From the NCBI GenBank assembly GCA_002269645.1, contig NIVC01002371.1, positions 85,281 through 149,280 of the forward strand: a stretch of DNA of 64,000 bases, given 5' to 3'. The notes beneath the pieces were generated by a model, which saw only the letters and a program-made list of their open reading frames with translations, was not told the DNA's origin and did not search any database. Positions 52,101 to 64,000 of the stretch are shown piece by piece; within the stretch, counting starts at the first letter, position 1; each line of letters begins with the position of its first letter. A program made the translations under genes and the position numbers. Source of the DNA: Macrostomum lignano. Lineage: Eukaryota.

Positions 52101-55100
52101 GGATGTGGGAATTGGGGAAATCCTCTACATGCTATTGAGACTTTAGAATCAAGGGATTAAGGAAAAATCAGATGATTGGATTTTTAATTAATAATTTGCA
52201 AATTGCGAGGCTGAACAACTTACTCTCACTACTCAAACTCAATCAATCAGAAAGTCAGCTCAGGTCAGGGCCTACAGACGCTGTCTGCCAGAGCAGCAGG
52301 TAGCCGAGCTCAGTGAGACCGTTGTTAATCATGGCTGCTTCCTGGCGGACAATTGTATCACGAATTCAAGCCTGCTGGCTCTTGTGGCTGCTACAGTTGC
52401 CATGGGCGACCAGTTCTACCTGCAGGTCTGCAACTGCTGTGATGTCTATAAAAAGCTATCCACAATTTCATATGCATAAATTTCGAAATATTTATTAGAA
52501 AATCCTGCTCAACGCTAATCAGCACCAGCTTCATCAGTTACTGTGTTCAAGCCTCTCTAACGGTCACTCCGCCCTGGCTACCGCCATATTGCCAAGTATT
52601 CAAGATGTCAACAAAAGGCTGGATGACCAACTCTGCAGCACTACTCTGATGCTTGCCGCCGAGCTGGGTCACTGCCACGTCATTGCCAAACTATTGGAGC
52701 GAGGAGCTGACAGAGCGGCGCGAGACACTCAGGGCTGCACAGCGCTGGACAGAGCTCGGCTGTGCGGGCGGAACCAAGCTGCTTGGGTGCTGGCAGAGGA
52801 GGGTAACGTTGAATTGACATCCCCTGCTTCAACTGGGTGAGTATAGTGTGTCAGTGTGTCAGTTTGAGCAGTTGGTCTTTTGACTCACTGACGCAAATTA
52901 AGTCATCAAATCATCAAATCAAATAAAATTAAATCCAAGAGTTGACTCAAAAGTTGTCAGTCAAGCTGTGCTTTTACCATTCTTGCCTTGCGCATTCACT
53001 TTTAAAAATTCATTTCAGAACCTTTGAACAGGCAGTGCCTGAAAAGAGTCAAATGTGAGTACAATTACATCCTTTCCGCAATTAAGATTTGAATTGAACG
53101 CGAAGCTTCATAAATTAATCATTCGGCTTACCAATAGTTTCTATACATGGGGTAAAAGGTACACACTACTTAGTAGAAAGTACAGTGCATGTATAGGCAA
53201 TAGATGCGCAGCTTAAAAAGCGATAATAAAGTTCGTCTCAACCTACCTGCAGTGACATTGACCTACACGATTCTCAGCTCAGCGAGAAGCTGCACTGGGC
53301 CCTCACGAGCTCCGGCTTCACCCAGAGCAGAGCGGCTTGTCAGCAGAGGCTGGCAGACTTACTGGAGCGGACAGCCGCTTGTCTGAGCCTCTCCAAACCC
53401 CGTCTGATCGGCAGCTTTGCTGACGGCTGGGGCTGCAGTCTGACACGGCTGAATGCGAGGCTTTCTGATGGGTCCGGGATCGACTGGCTGACACCCGTTA
53501 CGGCTGCTGCTGGCTGCCCAGGTGCGACCAAGCTGCGACTGGACTTCACCGGAGACCCTCCCGATAAAGAGGAGGGCGCCCAGCTGCTCACTGTAGAAGA
53601 TGACGCATCGGGATGTGAGTCAAAGGAGTCCGCAATCAGCCGTAAATCATATCACCAATACGACTTAGTCGGTACCCAAAACTGTCAAACCATTTGTTGT
53701 CTTGCAGTTGGCCAGCAGCCTCGAGTGGCCTCAGCTCCGTGCGGTGTCAAGCCAGCTACCAGCACTACCTTGGCATTTCGGAGTCCTCAATCAGCGAGCA
53801 TTCTGCTCTTGCCTCTGGTTTCCATTCGTGATGCAGCCCTAATCCACCTGCAGCAAACATTCGCTATCGAAGAAAAGCAGCGGATGCGACAGCTGAACAC
53901 AGTCCAGGGCCAGCTGTTCATTCTGCTCAAGTTCCTACTCAAAAACTACCTGGCCGAGGTGTCGCAGTGTCCGGGACTAACGAGTCATCACGTCAAGCAC
54001 CTGCTGTTCTACCTGATTGAGACTCACGGCTCGTGGAACTGGCAAATGTGGCAGCCGCACAAGCTGATAGAACTCGCCAAAGAGGCCCTGGACTTGATGA
54101 TGAAGTTCCTGGACTCGACCAGCTCAAGTGATGATGGTTGCATGCCCAGCTTCTTCAAGCCACATGTTCAGCTGCAGCTACAATGGACTGGAAGACCTGC
54201 GGATGAGGCCAAGACTCGAATTCGAGCTGAGCTGCTCAAAGCTCGGAGTGACCTCGACCCCGCAGTCAAGAAGCTGATGAGCCACCTGAAGCCTCTGGAT
54301 GATGATGACAAGCTGTATTTCGACTTGTTCACTCTGCTACCTTTGACTCTGCCTCCCGATGTGCCTCATGACCGGAAATCGCAAGCTCCAGACGCTAATG
54401 AGCTCGCTGGACTTTACTGCTCAGTGGCGGCGGCTTTGCGAGCTCTGCAAGCTGCAGACGAAGTGGATGGCGAAGGAGCTCTAATGCGGCAGCTTGAAAG
54501 TTGGTACGAGTGCAGCTGGTGTCACTGCGCGGTCAGGTGTTTGGCTGTGATGGCGCAGCTGAAGTACAGGAACAAAACTGCGGCGAAGGAGACGCTGAGC
54601 GAATTGGTGAGAGATCAGGTGAGATATGTGACCCGCTTTGGTGATAGGTATCACACGATTTTAGTGTTGCCGAGACTGGGGGTCAAGTAAAGTTCTCCAT
54701 GACTCATTGTAGCTTCACTTATAAAGCAAACAAGCACCAATGCGATTAGCCTCCATTGCTTCGGTAGGTATGAGGGGCTTTCAATAGAAATTTCCCAACA
54801 AGTTCAACATCTCAAGATGCATATAATCACCGCCGAGCTCGATCGATTGTTGCGATTGTTGGAAGGCTTCTCAGGACTCGTTCCTACTCCAGTCGCAGTG
54901 TTGACAATGATCTGATTACGGGAAAGCTTAAATGACCTCTGCTACACCGGACTTTGCTTGACCTTAAATGACCTTTGCCTTATCTGACTATGATTGAACT
55001 TACGTCATTTTCGTCAAGGGAGTGGAAAACTTACCAGCTTCTAGAGGTTAAAAGATAAACTGTACTGTTGAGATTAAAATGACCTTGGAGCAGGTGCACT

Positions 55101-56245
55101 ACAGGATGTAAACGTAAAAGCGTGTTGATAAAAAAGGTGAAAGCATGTGCTCGAGCAAAGATGTACGTCCACTGACATTTATTTTTGAAAACACTTCGTA
55201 CGTTTCGGAAGCTTTTTGATAGCAGATTGTGATGAAGAAGGCCGTAACAATCAGCTCCGTGCTACATGTAGATGTAGATATTGTTAACTGCCACGCCAAG
55301 ACCAAAGATCAGAGCGGAGCGGTGGGTCTTAGGGGTGATTGTGCCTTCCGAATGACCGAGACCAGATTCTTGGCTAGGATACTGAAGACGCAAGTCAACT
55401 TCAGAGCTAAGAGATTCAATTGGCTTGTTAAGAAGAGGGCTTTGCGATAAACCAGGATGCAATTGCACAGGCGTTTCAGACCTCACAAGGCCACTTAGCG
55501 TACTTATTCAGTAGGACTGCAATTCAAGTTGTGACTATGGGTTCCAGACGTCAGTAAAAGGCACCGAGAATTTTTTTGGTTAAGCCAATGCAAAGACAGC
55601 AGCTAAGGGCTGTAAAGACTCAAGCATGCATGAAATCAACAAGCATTGCTCACTTGTTAAATGCTATCATAACAATTCTAGGTGATGAGCAGCGGCTGGA
55701 CGGTCGAAGACCTCAGCAAAGAGGCCATATCGGAGACTCAAAGCTGGCGATGGCCGTTGAGCACCGATTGGGCCTGGAGGTTCTGCCTGCCCTGCGACCG
55801 GCGGCCCAGCCTGCCGTTTTTACCCAGGTTCACCGAGTCGCTGCTCACTGCTCGACTCTGCAGCCGCTCACCGATGCAGCGCCACCTGTACGTGAACTTC
55901 CGCTGTCTGAGCTGGAGTCTGCAAGCTGAGCTGCTGGGCGGTCGGCGCGCGGCATGCATTCGAGCCGACGGAGCTGCGGGCTCGGGATTCGCCAAGAGGC
56001 TGGCGCAGCAGTGGTTCCTGGAGCTGCAGGCTGAGTCTGCGGGATCGCAGCTGGACACGGAGGAGCTGGCGACGCTGGCCCACTACACTGACAGCCCGGT
56101 GCAGCTCCGCTTCTGCCTGGAGCGAATGGAGGCGGTTGTTGCTAGGGAGCCACGGGTTGCCATGGACAGCTGCGACAACGAGAGGCTGGAGCGAGTCAGG
56201 AGGAAGCTGGACAGCTTTGATCGCTGCTTCCTAGCTTTTAGTTGA
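49135..56245 (+). CDS. Alpha-solenoid + ankyrin + Mab-21/cGAS-like (cGLR) protein, copy 2; 8 exons, 1285 aa
   Basis: Exons 49135-49509, 50073-50629, 51201-51776, 52251-52425, 52499-52836, 53253-53614, 53708-54618 and 55682-56245; same intron phases as copy 1, total 3858 nt. Exon 4 is 175 nt in both copies and homologous (VRAYRRCL...NHGCFLADN vs VNAYKNCL...NHGIYLADN). Confidence 0.82.
50765..51130. repeat. 30-bp minisatellite organised as a 60-bp dimer in intron 2 of Mab-21 gene 2
   Basis: Alternating GAGACCCTTTAGAGAGACACTGCAGACACT and GGGACCCTTTAGGAAGACACTGCAGACATC. Confidence 0.92.
51830..52120. repeat. 15-bp G-rich satellite (GGGGATGTGGGAGTT)n in intron 3 of Mab-21 gene 2
   Basis: Direct reading. 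Confidence 0.92.
54925..55010. repeat. Short TGACCTT...CTGACTATG minisatellite remnant, same family as 58335-58535
   Basis: Shared text GACCTTAAATGACC and CTGACTATG. Confidence 0.65.
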
Positions 56246-56599
56246 ACTGCTTCCAGCAACACTTGATGCCACAATTGTATGTACGCTTGTAGATTCCAGA
56301 TCCATGATTTTGTGTGTTCATTGTGATTAAAAATATTATTTTTTAATTCAAGAATGAGCTACAATAGATTAAAATGAAACTTGCCTTAGAATTTTATTTT
56401 TATAAAACGAAATTTTCAAAAAATTTTCAGCTCAAATAAACGATATATTTAAAGATTAGTTGAGCTTCTATATTCAAAATCGAATGTGTTACGTGTCAGT
56501 TAGTGAATTACATGTTTTTGAACACATGAAAATATTTAAATAGAGGAGTTTAAAATTTCAGACTACCATCGCATTGTACGCGTTCGGGAAGCAGGATGA

Positions 56600-56765
56600 T
56601 TTTTGTAGGGTGTGGGGTGTGATTGGTGGGGTGGGTGTGGGGTGTGCAATTGGTGGGGAGGGTGTGGTTGTGTGATTGGTGGGGTGGGTGTGGGGTGTGT
56701 GATTGGTGGGGAGGGTGTGGGGTGTGTGATTGGTGGGGCAAGGTGTGGGGTGGGGTGTGGGATTG
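56600..56765. repeat. G-rich imperfect repeat (about GGGGTGTGTGATTGGTGGGG)
   Basis: Direct reading; lies between the convergent 3' ends of Mab-21 gene 2 and the ATPase. Confidence 0.85.
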
Positions 56766-57182
56766 ATAGGTACGGTAGAGGTCCGATGTTTTGGTAGAAA
56801 AGGCCCGCACAGATGAGCAGGTGGTTAAAATGAAAAATAAATAAAAACTATTGACGAATGATATATTCTCACAGTTGTTCCTTAAGCAGAATATCACATT
56901 CAATGAAGTACACAGAGTAGTACAAAAGTACTGGTAGAAACCCATGCGTGGCAATTTCTGGTATTAAACAATGTCATACAAAAATTTGCTCCGTAAAAAT
57001 GTAGGAATAAAAATTCACAGCTCAGAGATTCGAAATTCCTTATGAGTAAAAATTTAGAAACACAGGATTAATCGAAGTCTCCTAATTCATTCTGTTTCAG
57101 TAGGGAAGACAATGTGAAAATTTCATAACATGAAACCTCATTAAACGACTTAAATCAAGTAATTAAAGTAGCGATCATGCAA

Positions 57183-60100
57183 TCACAGAGCCGTGTAATA
57201 CTTCTTCTTTTTCTTCTTCTTTTGCTGCTCAGAATCTGCTCTGGGTCTGTCAGCTTCCATTGGCTTTATCTCCACAGACACCTGCAAGGTATTTAGGGAT
57301 ATTTATAAGATATTTAAGGAGGAATTTTTATTATTCCAAAATGGGATTTGATTATTCTAATATGGGATTTGATTATTCTAATAAGGGATTTGATTATTCT
57401 AATAAGGGATTTGATTATTCTAATAAGGGATTTGATTATTCTAATAGGGGATTTGATTATTCTAATAAGGGATTTGATTATTCTAATAGGGGATTTGATT
57501 ATTCTAATAAGGGATTTGATTATTCTAATAAGGGATTTGATTATTCTAATAAGGGATTTGATTATTCTAATAGGGGATTTGATTATTCTAATAAGGGATT
57601 TGATTATTCTAATAGCGGATTTGATTATTCTAAATAGCGGATTTGATTATTCTAATAAGGGATTTGATTATTCTAATAGGGGATTTGATTATTCTAATAA
57701 GGGATTTGATTATTCTAATAGGGGATTTGATTATTCTAATAGGGGATTTGATTATTCTAATATGGGATTTGATTATTCTAATAGCGGATTTGATTATTCT
57801 AATAGGGGATTTGATTATTCTAATATGGGATTTGATTATTCTAATAGCGGATTTGATTATTCTAATATGGGACTCGAAAGTTTGATTAGGTGATCTGAAG
57901 GTTTCAATTCGAGTTTCTAATGGTAAATTTAAATATTTTGGTATTTAGAGTCCAAACGAATATTTGGGATTCCAGGCTCTTACCTGATTAGGTTTGACAG
58001 CCTCATCGGCGCTTCCGCCGCCTCCTTGAGCAACAAAGTTGAGCAGCTCCCTCTGGCCTGTCCGCTGGAAGTGCACGCTGATCGGTGGCCATTCGCCGCG
58101 TTCGAGTTTTAGTTGCCGGGCCACTCGCTCGAACTCCTTGGGCTTGCTAATCAACCGGCGACCAGCCCGGTGGACGAGTCGGCTGAACCAGACGGACTCA
58201 ACTAGTTGCTCAACCAGAAACGCGATCAGAAAGTTCATCAGGATGGCGCCGACAAGGACAAATTTTATTGACAGATTTGGGTTGTCTCGGGGCGCGTCCC
58301 AGGTCTGCGGGTTGCGGACAGCGGGACGGGGACTTGACCTTGAATGACCTTTGCTTCACCTGACTATGGTTGACCTTAAATGACCCCTGCTACACCTGAC
58401 AATGGTTGATCTAGTATGACCATTGCTTCACCTGACTATTGCTGACCTTGTAAGACCTCCGCTATACCTATGGTTGACCTTGACCTTTGCTACACCTGAC
58501 TATGGTTGACCTTGAATGACCTCTGCTACACGTGCCTAGTAGTCCCTTGACTCCATACGACTTCGAACGCAACAACAAAAGTACACGATGTAATAAATTT
58601 AATGTAGCAAATTAATTCACCTCTAGCAAGTTTCCCAGCCAATCAGTGGGAGCGAAGATCACAAAGAGATTAACACCAACTACTATAGCGATGTTGATCA
58701 TGAAAGCGTCTGGAATAGCAAATATTGCACAAGAAGGATTATGATTTGAGTCTTATCTAGAAGTAATAATCGCTTTATAACTACCTTGCCTAGATAAAAC
58801 TCCCTATAAGAATTATGTTATTATGGCTAAAGCTTCCCGTCAGGAATCATTGACTTCATAAGCTTCCCAAATGAAATTGATGACTTCATCTGCTTCCTCA
58901 GATGAAGATAATCATTCCAAAAGCTTCCCATACGGAAACAATGATCCCAAAAGCTTCCCATACAGAAAAAATGATTCCAAAAGCTTTCAATACGGAAACA
59001 ACGATTCTAAAAGCTTCCCATACCGAAACAACGATTCTAAAAGCTTCCCATACGGAAACAATGATTCCAAAAGCTTCCTATACGGAAACAATGATTCTAA
59101 AAGCTTCCCATACGGAAACAATGATTCTAAAAGCTTCCCATACGGAAACAACGATTCTAAAGCTTCCCATACGGAAACAACGATCCCAAAAGCTTCCCAT
59201 ACGGAAACAATGATTCCAAAAGCTTCCCATACGGAAACAACGATTCTAAAGCTTCCCATACGGAAACAACGATCCCAAAAGCTTCCCATACGGAAACAAT
59301 GATTCCAAAAGCTTCCCATACGGAAACAACGATTCCAAAAGCTTTCCATACGGAAACAACGATCCCAAAAGCTTCCCATACGGAAACAATGATTCCAAAA
59401 GCTTCCCATACGGAAACAACGATCCTAAAAGCTTCCCATACGGAAACAACGATCCCAAAAGCTTCCCATACGGAAACAACGATCCCAAAAGCTTCCCATA
59501 CGGAAACAACGATTCCAAAAGCTTCCCATACGGAAACAACGACCCCAAAAGCTTCCCATACGGAAAAATTATTCTAAAAGCTTCCCATACGGAAACAACG
59601 ATCCCAAAAGCTTCACATACGGAAACAACGATTCTAAAAGCTTCACATACTGAAACAACGATCCCAAAAGCTTCACATACGGAAACAACGATCCCAAAAG
59701 CTTCACATACGGAAACAACGATTCTAAAAGCTTCCCAAACGGAAATAATAACCGACTGACTCACAGTTGGTCAGCATGCTCCGTCTGTAAGGAGCGGACT
59801 TGGAGAACACCACAGCCAGGATGATGTACTGATTAACTGATATGAGAAACACGGCAGTATTCTCATAGCAAGCCATCTGATCCGAGTTCGAGTCGTACAC
59901 AAACGGATAGAACCAAGACTGCCATCTCACGTAGAAATAGGCCAGAGTTTGAAAGGCCACGAAAATGCCGCACTGTAAAGCAATGGACGAACAGGTCACG
60001 AATGACAGCAGACGGTGGCTGGGCGCCTCCTGAGCGATGCTCTCGCAAGCAGCCGTGTAGGAGAAGGTGACAAACAGTGTCGTGATGATAAACAGGTCAA

Positions 60101-62788
60101 TGTACACAAACTGGTTATCGGTGAGGTTGGTGGCGATCCAGTACAGTATGAGCACCGACACGAACTGGCACATTGAGTAGCAGGCCATAAATTTGAAGAT
60201 GCCGAACGAAGTGACCAGGGCGCAGCGGCCCTCCTGGATCAGGCGGATCACGCATGAGATGTTCTGCTCCTGTGATTGGCGATTGGAGTGTCTTCTGAGC
60301 TGAGCTCTTCAGTATGGTAGGTCACTTGGAGTCCTCTCGCCCTCCTAGCTCACTTCTCACCCTCCCAAATCCTCTCTTACCCTCCCAGAGCATGTCTTAC
60401 ACTACCAGATCCCCTCAGATCAGATCCCCATTTAAGATCCCCTCAGAGTGCCATATCAGATCCCCATCCCAGATCGCCTCAGATCCCTTTCCCAGATCTC
60501 CCAAATCCCCACCCAGATCTCCCAGATCCCATACATCCCCACCCAGATCTCCCAGATCCCCCACACCCCATCCCAGATTTCTCAGATCCCCATCACAGAT
60601 CCCCCACACCCCATCCCAGATCCCACACATCCCCATCCCAGATCCCCCACATCCCCATCCCCATCCCGCATCCCATCCCAGATCCCACACATCGCTATCC
60701 CAGATCCCACCACATCCCCATACCAGATCCCACCACATCCCCATCCCAGATCCCACCACATCCCCATCCCAATCCCACATCCCATCCCAGATCCCATTCC
60801 GGATCCCCTCACTCCAGCACACGAATTCCCCACCTTGGAGGTGAAGGGCGATGCCACGCTGGCCTCAGCCTCGCTCAGCGATATCCCGGCATGCGCAGTC
60901 TTCAAGGCTCCGCAATCGTTGGCCCCGTCGCCGCACATGGCCACAGTGTAACCCAGCTCCTGAAGGCATTCAACTAGCTGGGATTTTTGCACCGGCGAGA
61001 ACCTTGCGAAGACGGCGCCGCACACGGCTAGCCGGGGGATCAGCTGGGAGAAGTGCTGCCGAACTGCCTGCCAGCTGGCGCCGCTAATTGCCAGGCGGTA
61101 GGGGCTGCTGGGGCTGAGGACTGCCGCTTCAGTCACCCTGCGGCGAGGGTCTCCGTACACCTGGTGGATCGGCAGTGAAGTCTGAGAATGCGATCTCATA
61201 ACCCGATTATGTTTACCTGCCTGTCTGATTCTACACTTGATTACCTACCTGCCTGTCTGATTCTACACTTGATTACCTACCTGCCTGTCTGATTCTACAC
61301 TTGATTACCTACCTGCCTGTCTGATTCTACACTTGATTACCTACCTGCCTGTCTGATTCTACACTTGATTACCTACCTGCCTGTCTGATTCTACACTTGA
61401 TTACCTACCTGCCTGTCTGATTCTACACTTGATTACCTACCTGCCTGTCTGATTGTACACTTGATTACCTACCTGCCTGTCTGATTGTACACTTGATTAC
61501 CTACCTGCCTGTCTGATTCTACACTTGATTACCTACCTGCCTGTCTGATTCTACACTTGATTACCTACCTGCCTGTCTGATTGTACACTTGATTACCTAC
61601 CTGCCTGTCTGATTCTACACTTGATTACCTACCTGCCTGTCTGATTCTACACTTGATTACCTACCTGCCTGTCTGATTCTACACTTGATTACCTACCTGC
61701 CTGTCTGATTGTACACTTGATTACCTACCTGCCTGTCTGATTGTACACTTGATTACCTACCTGCCTGTCTGATTCTACACTTGATTACCTACCTGCCTGT
61801 CTGATTCTACACTTGATTACCTACCTGCCTGTCTGATTCTACACTTGATTACCTACCTGCCTGTCTGATTCTACACTTGATTACCTACCTGCCTGTCTGA
61901 TTCTACACTTGATTACCTACCTGCCTGTCTGATTCTACACTTGATTACCTACCTGCCTGTCTGATTGTACACTTGATTACCTACCTGCCTGTCTGATTCT
62001 ACACTTGATTACCTACCTGCCTGTCTGATTCTACACTTGATTACCTACCTGCCTGTCTGATTCTACACTTGATTACCTACCTGCCTGTCTGATTCTACAC
62101 TTGATTACCTACCTGCCTGTCTGATTCTACACTTGATTACCTACTTGCCTGTCTGATTCTACACTTGATTACCTACCTGCCTGTCTGATTCTACACTTGA
62201 TTACCTACCTGCCTGTCTGATTCTACACTTGATTACCTACTTGCCTGTCTGATTCTACACTTGATTACCTACCTGCCTGTCTGATTCTACACTTCTCTAT
62301 CTACCTGCCTGTCGATCAATAATTTTCTGTTTACTTGCCTACCGACCTATGATCTACGTACTCATGCCCTTCTCTTGCTCCGAACCAATCCAGGCAACAC
62401 ATTAAAAAGCACCAGACCGCACCACAAAGTTGACATTGGGCCCGTTAGGTCCATCGCTAGTCTGCACAATCACGGCAGCCTCAGTGTCAGCAATGATACC
62501 GCATTCCCGAGCCACACTCAACGCCGTAAGGATGTTATCCCCAGTGACCATCACTGGCCGGATTTTGGCACCCAGCAGAGTTCCAATTGATCCCACAGTC
62601 TCCGGCTTAAGCCGGTTCTCCATCACTAGCAGGCCGAGAAACTGCAGATCGTACTCGAACTCTCCGCGGTTTAATTTTTGAGCCGACTGCAGACTGACAC
62701 TCGGTGACAGCGGCCGGTAGGCCAAGGCGATCACGCGGTAGCCGTGGCTCGTGTACTCCATGAGCTGGTTGTGAAAGTCTGCGGGGAT
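57183..62788 (-). CDS. P5B-type ATPase (ATP13A2/3-like), 3' six exons; gene continues beyond the window
   Basis: Exons 62788-62423, 61160 (or 61181)-60834, 60269-59765, 58709-58621, 58304-57984 and 57281-57183 join in frame. Motifs: [61 protein letters not shown], and a C-terminal EWPP. Confidence 0.92.
57335..57870. repeat. 21-bp satellite (GGGATTTGATTATTCTAATAA)n, last ATPase intron
   Basis: Direct reading. Confidence 0.96.
58335..58535. repeat. ~33-bp degenerate minisatellite (TGACCTTGAATGACCTTTGCTACACCTGACTATGGT-like)
   Basis: About 6 degenerate copies in an ATPase intron. Confidence 0.8.
58915..59745. repeat. 30/29-bp satellite (CCAAAAGCTTCCCATACGGAAACAACGATT)n
   Basis: Direct reading; starts about 15-20 nt after the donor at 59764 in gene orientation. 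Confidence 0.96.
60395..60810. repeat. Imperfect C-rich repeat (CCCCATCCCAGAT-like)
   Basis: Direct reading; G-rich on the ATPase sense strand. Confidence 0.88.
61215..62313. repeat. 32-bp satellite (CTGATTCTACACTTGATTACCTACCTGCCTGT)n
   Basis: About 34 copies filling an ATPase intron. Confidence 0.97.
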
Positions 62789-62839
62789 CTGGAATAGCAT
62801 AGCGGAAGGTTATTCTTAATGTAAGAATAATGTACATGT

Positions 62840-64000
62840 AGATTGAAAGACGATTCACAAGGTAGATTGGAGGCAGATTCTTAAGGTAGATTGGAGGCAG
62901 ATTCTTAAGGTAGATTGGAGGCAGATTCTCAAGGTAGATTGGAGGCAGATTCTCAAGGTAGATTGGAGGCAGATTCTCAAGGTAGATTGGAGGCAGATTC
63001 TCAAGGTAGATTGGAAACAGATTCTCAAGGTAGATTGGAAACAGATCCTCAAGGTAGATTGGAGCAGATTCTCAAGGTAGATTGGAGGCAGATTCTCAAG
63101 GTAGATTGGAGGCAGATTCTCAAGGTAGATTGAAAGACGATTCACAAGGTAGATTGGAGGCAGATTCTCAAGGTAGATTGGAAACAGATTCTCAAGGTAG
63201 ATTGGAGCAGATTCTCAAGGTAGATTGGAGGCAGATTCTCAAGGTAGATTGGAAACAGATTCTCAAGGTAGATTGGAAACAGATTCTCAAGGTAGATTGG
63301 AGCAGATTCTTAAGGTAGATTGGAGCAGATTCTCAAGGTAGATTGGAGGCAGATTCTCAAGGTAGATTGGAGGCAGATTCTCAAGGTAGATTGGAGGCAG
63401 ATTCTCAAGGTAGATTGGAAACAGATTCTCAAGGTAGATTGGAGGCAGATTCTTAAGGTAGATTGGAGCAGATTCTCAAGGTAGATTGGAGCAGATTCTC
63501 AAGGTAGATTGGAGGCAGATTCTCAAGGTAGATTGGAGGCAGATTCTCAAGGTAGATTGGAGGCAGATTCTCAAGGTAGATTGGAGGCAGATTCTTAAGG
63601 TAGATTGAAGCAGATTCACAAGGTAGATTGGAGGCAGATTCTCAAGGTAGATTGGAAACAGATTCTCAAGGTAGATTGGAAACAGATTCTCAAGGTAGAT
63701 TGGAGGCAGATTCAAAGGTAGATTGGAGCAGATTCTCAAGGTAGATTGGAGGCAGATTCTCAAGGTAGATTGGAGGCAGATTCTCAAGGTAGATTGGAGG
63801 CAGATTCTCAAGGTAGATTGGAGGCAGATTCTCAAGGTAGATTGGAAACAGATTCTCAAGGTAGATTGGAAACAGATTCTCAAGGTAGATTGGAGCAGAT
63901 TCTCAAGGTAGATTGGAGGCAGATTCTCAAGGTAGATTGGAGGCAGATTCTCAAGGTAGATTGAAACGATTCAAGGTAGATTGGAGCAGATTCTCAAGGT
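62840..64000. repeat. 24/22-bp satellite (AGGTAGATTGGAGGCAGATTCTCA)n running off the window
   Basis: Direct reading. Confidence 0.97.

Noticed and set aside
54720-55560. Short ORF-like stretches in intron 7 of Mab-21 gene 2
   Set aside because: No ATG-initiated frame with recognisable motifs and no phase-compatible exon needed; possibly TE debris but unsupported.

Overview
Eukaryotic genomic DNA with spliced genes (GT-AG introns, GC-rich exons) and introns packed with satellites. The gene content and style suggest a free-living flatworm of the Macrostomum type (inference). Gene models were built by hand and checked for splice phase: a 57-aa secreted cystine-knot peptide absent from the ORF track, DPY30, an LRRC73 orthologue with an orphan ORF nested antisense in its last intron, DUSP12/YVH1, an intronless CK1-fold pseudokinase, an intronless CYP3-clan P450, two convergent innexins, two tandem 8-exon ~1285-aa genes (alpha-solenoid + ankyrin + Mab-21/cGAS-like domain), and the 3' half of a P5B-type ATPase (ATP13A-like). 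The most unusual system is the cGAS-like receptor pair: the N-terminal halves are strongly diverged, the ANK-Mab21 halves are almost identical, and the catalytic acidic motif looks degenerate. Other highlights: the knottin gene, an LRRC73 start codon that may come from the spliced leader, a duplicated innexin promoter/first exon, and a 6 x 273-bp hairpin-bearing array embedded in (GATA)n. Most long ORFs in the track are translations of tandem repeats. No database searches were run; family assignments rest on recalled motifs.
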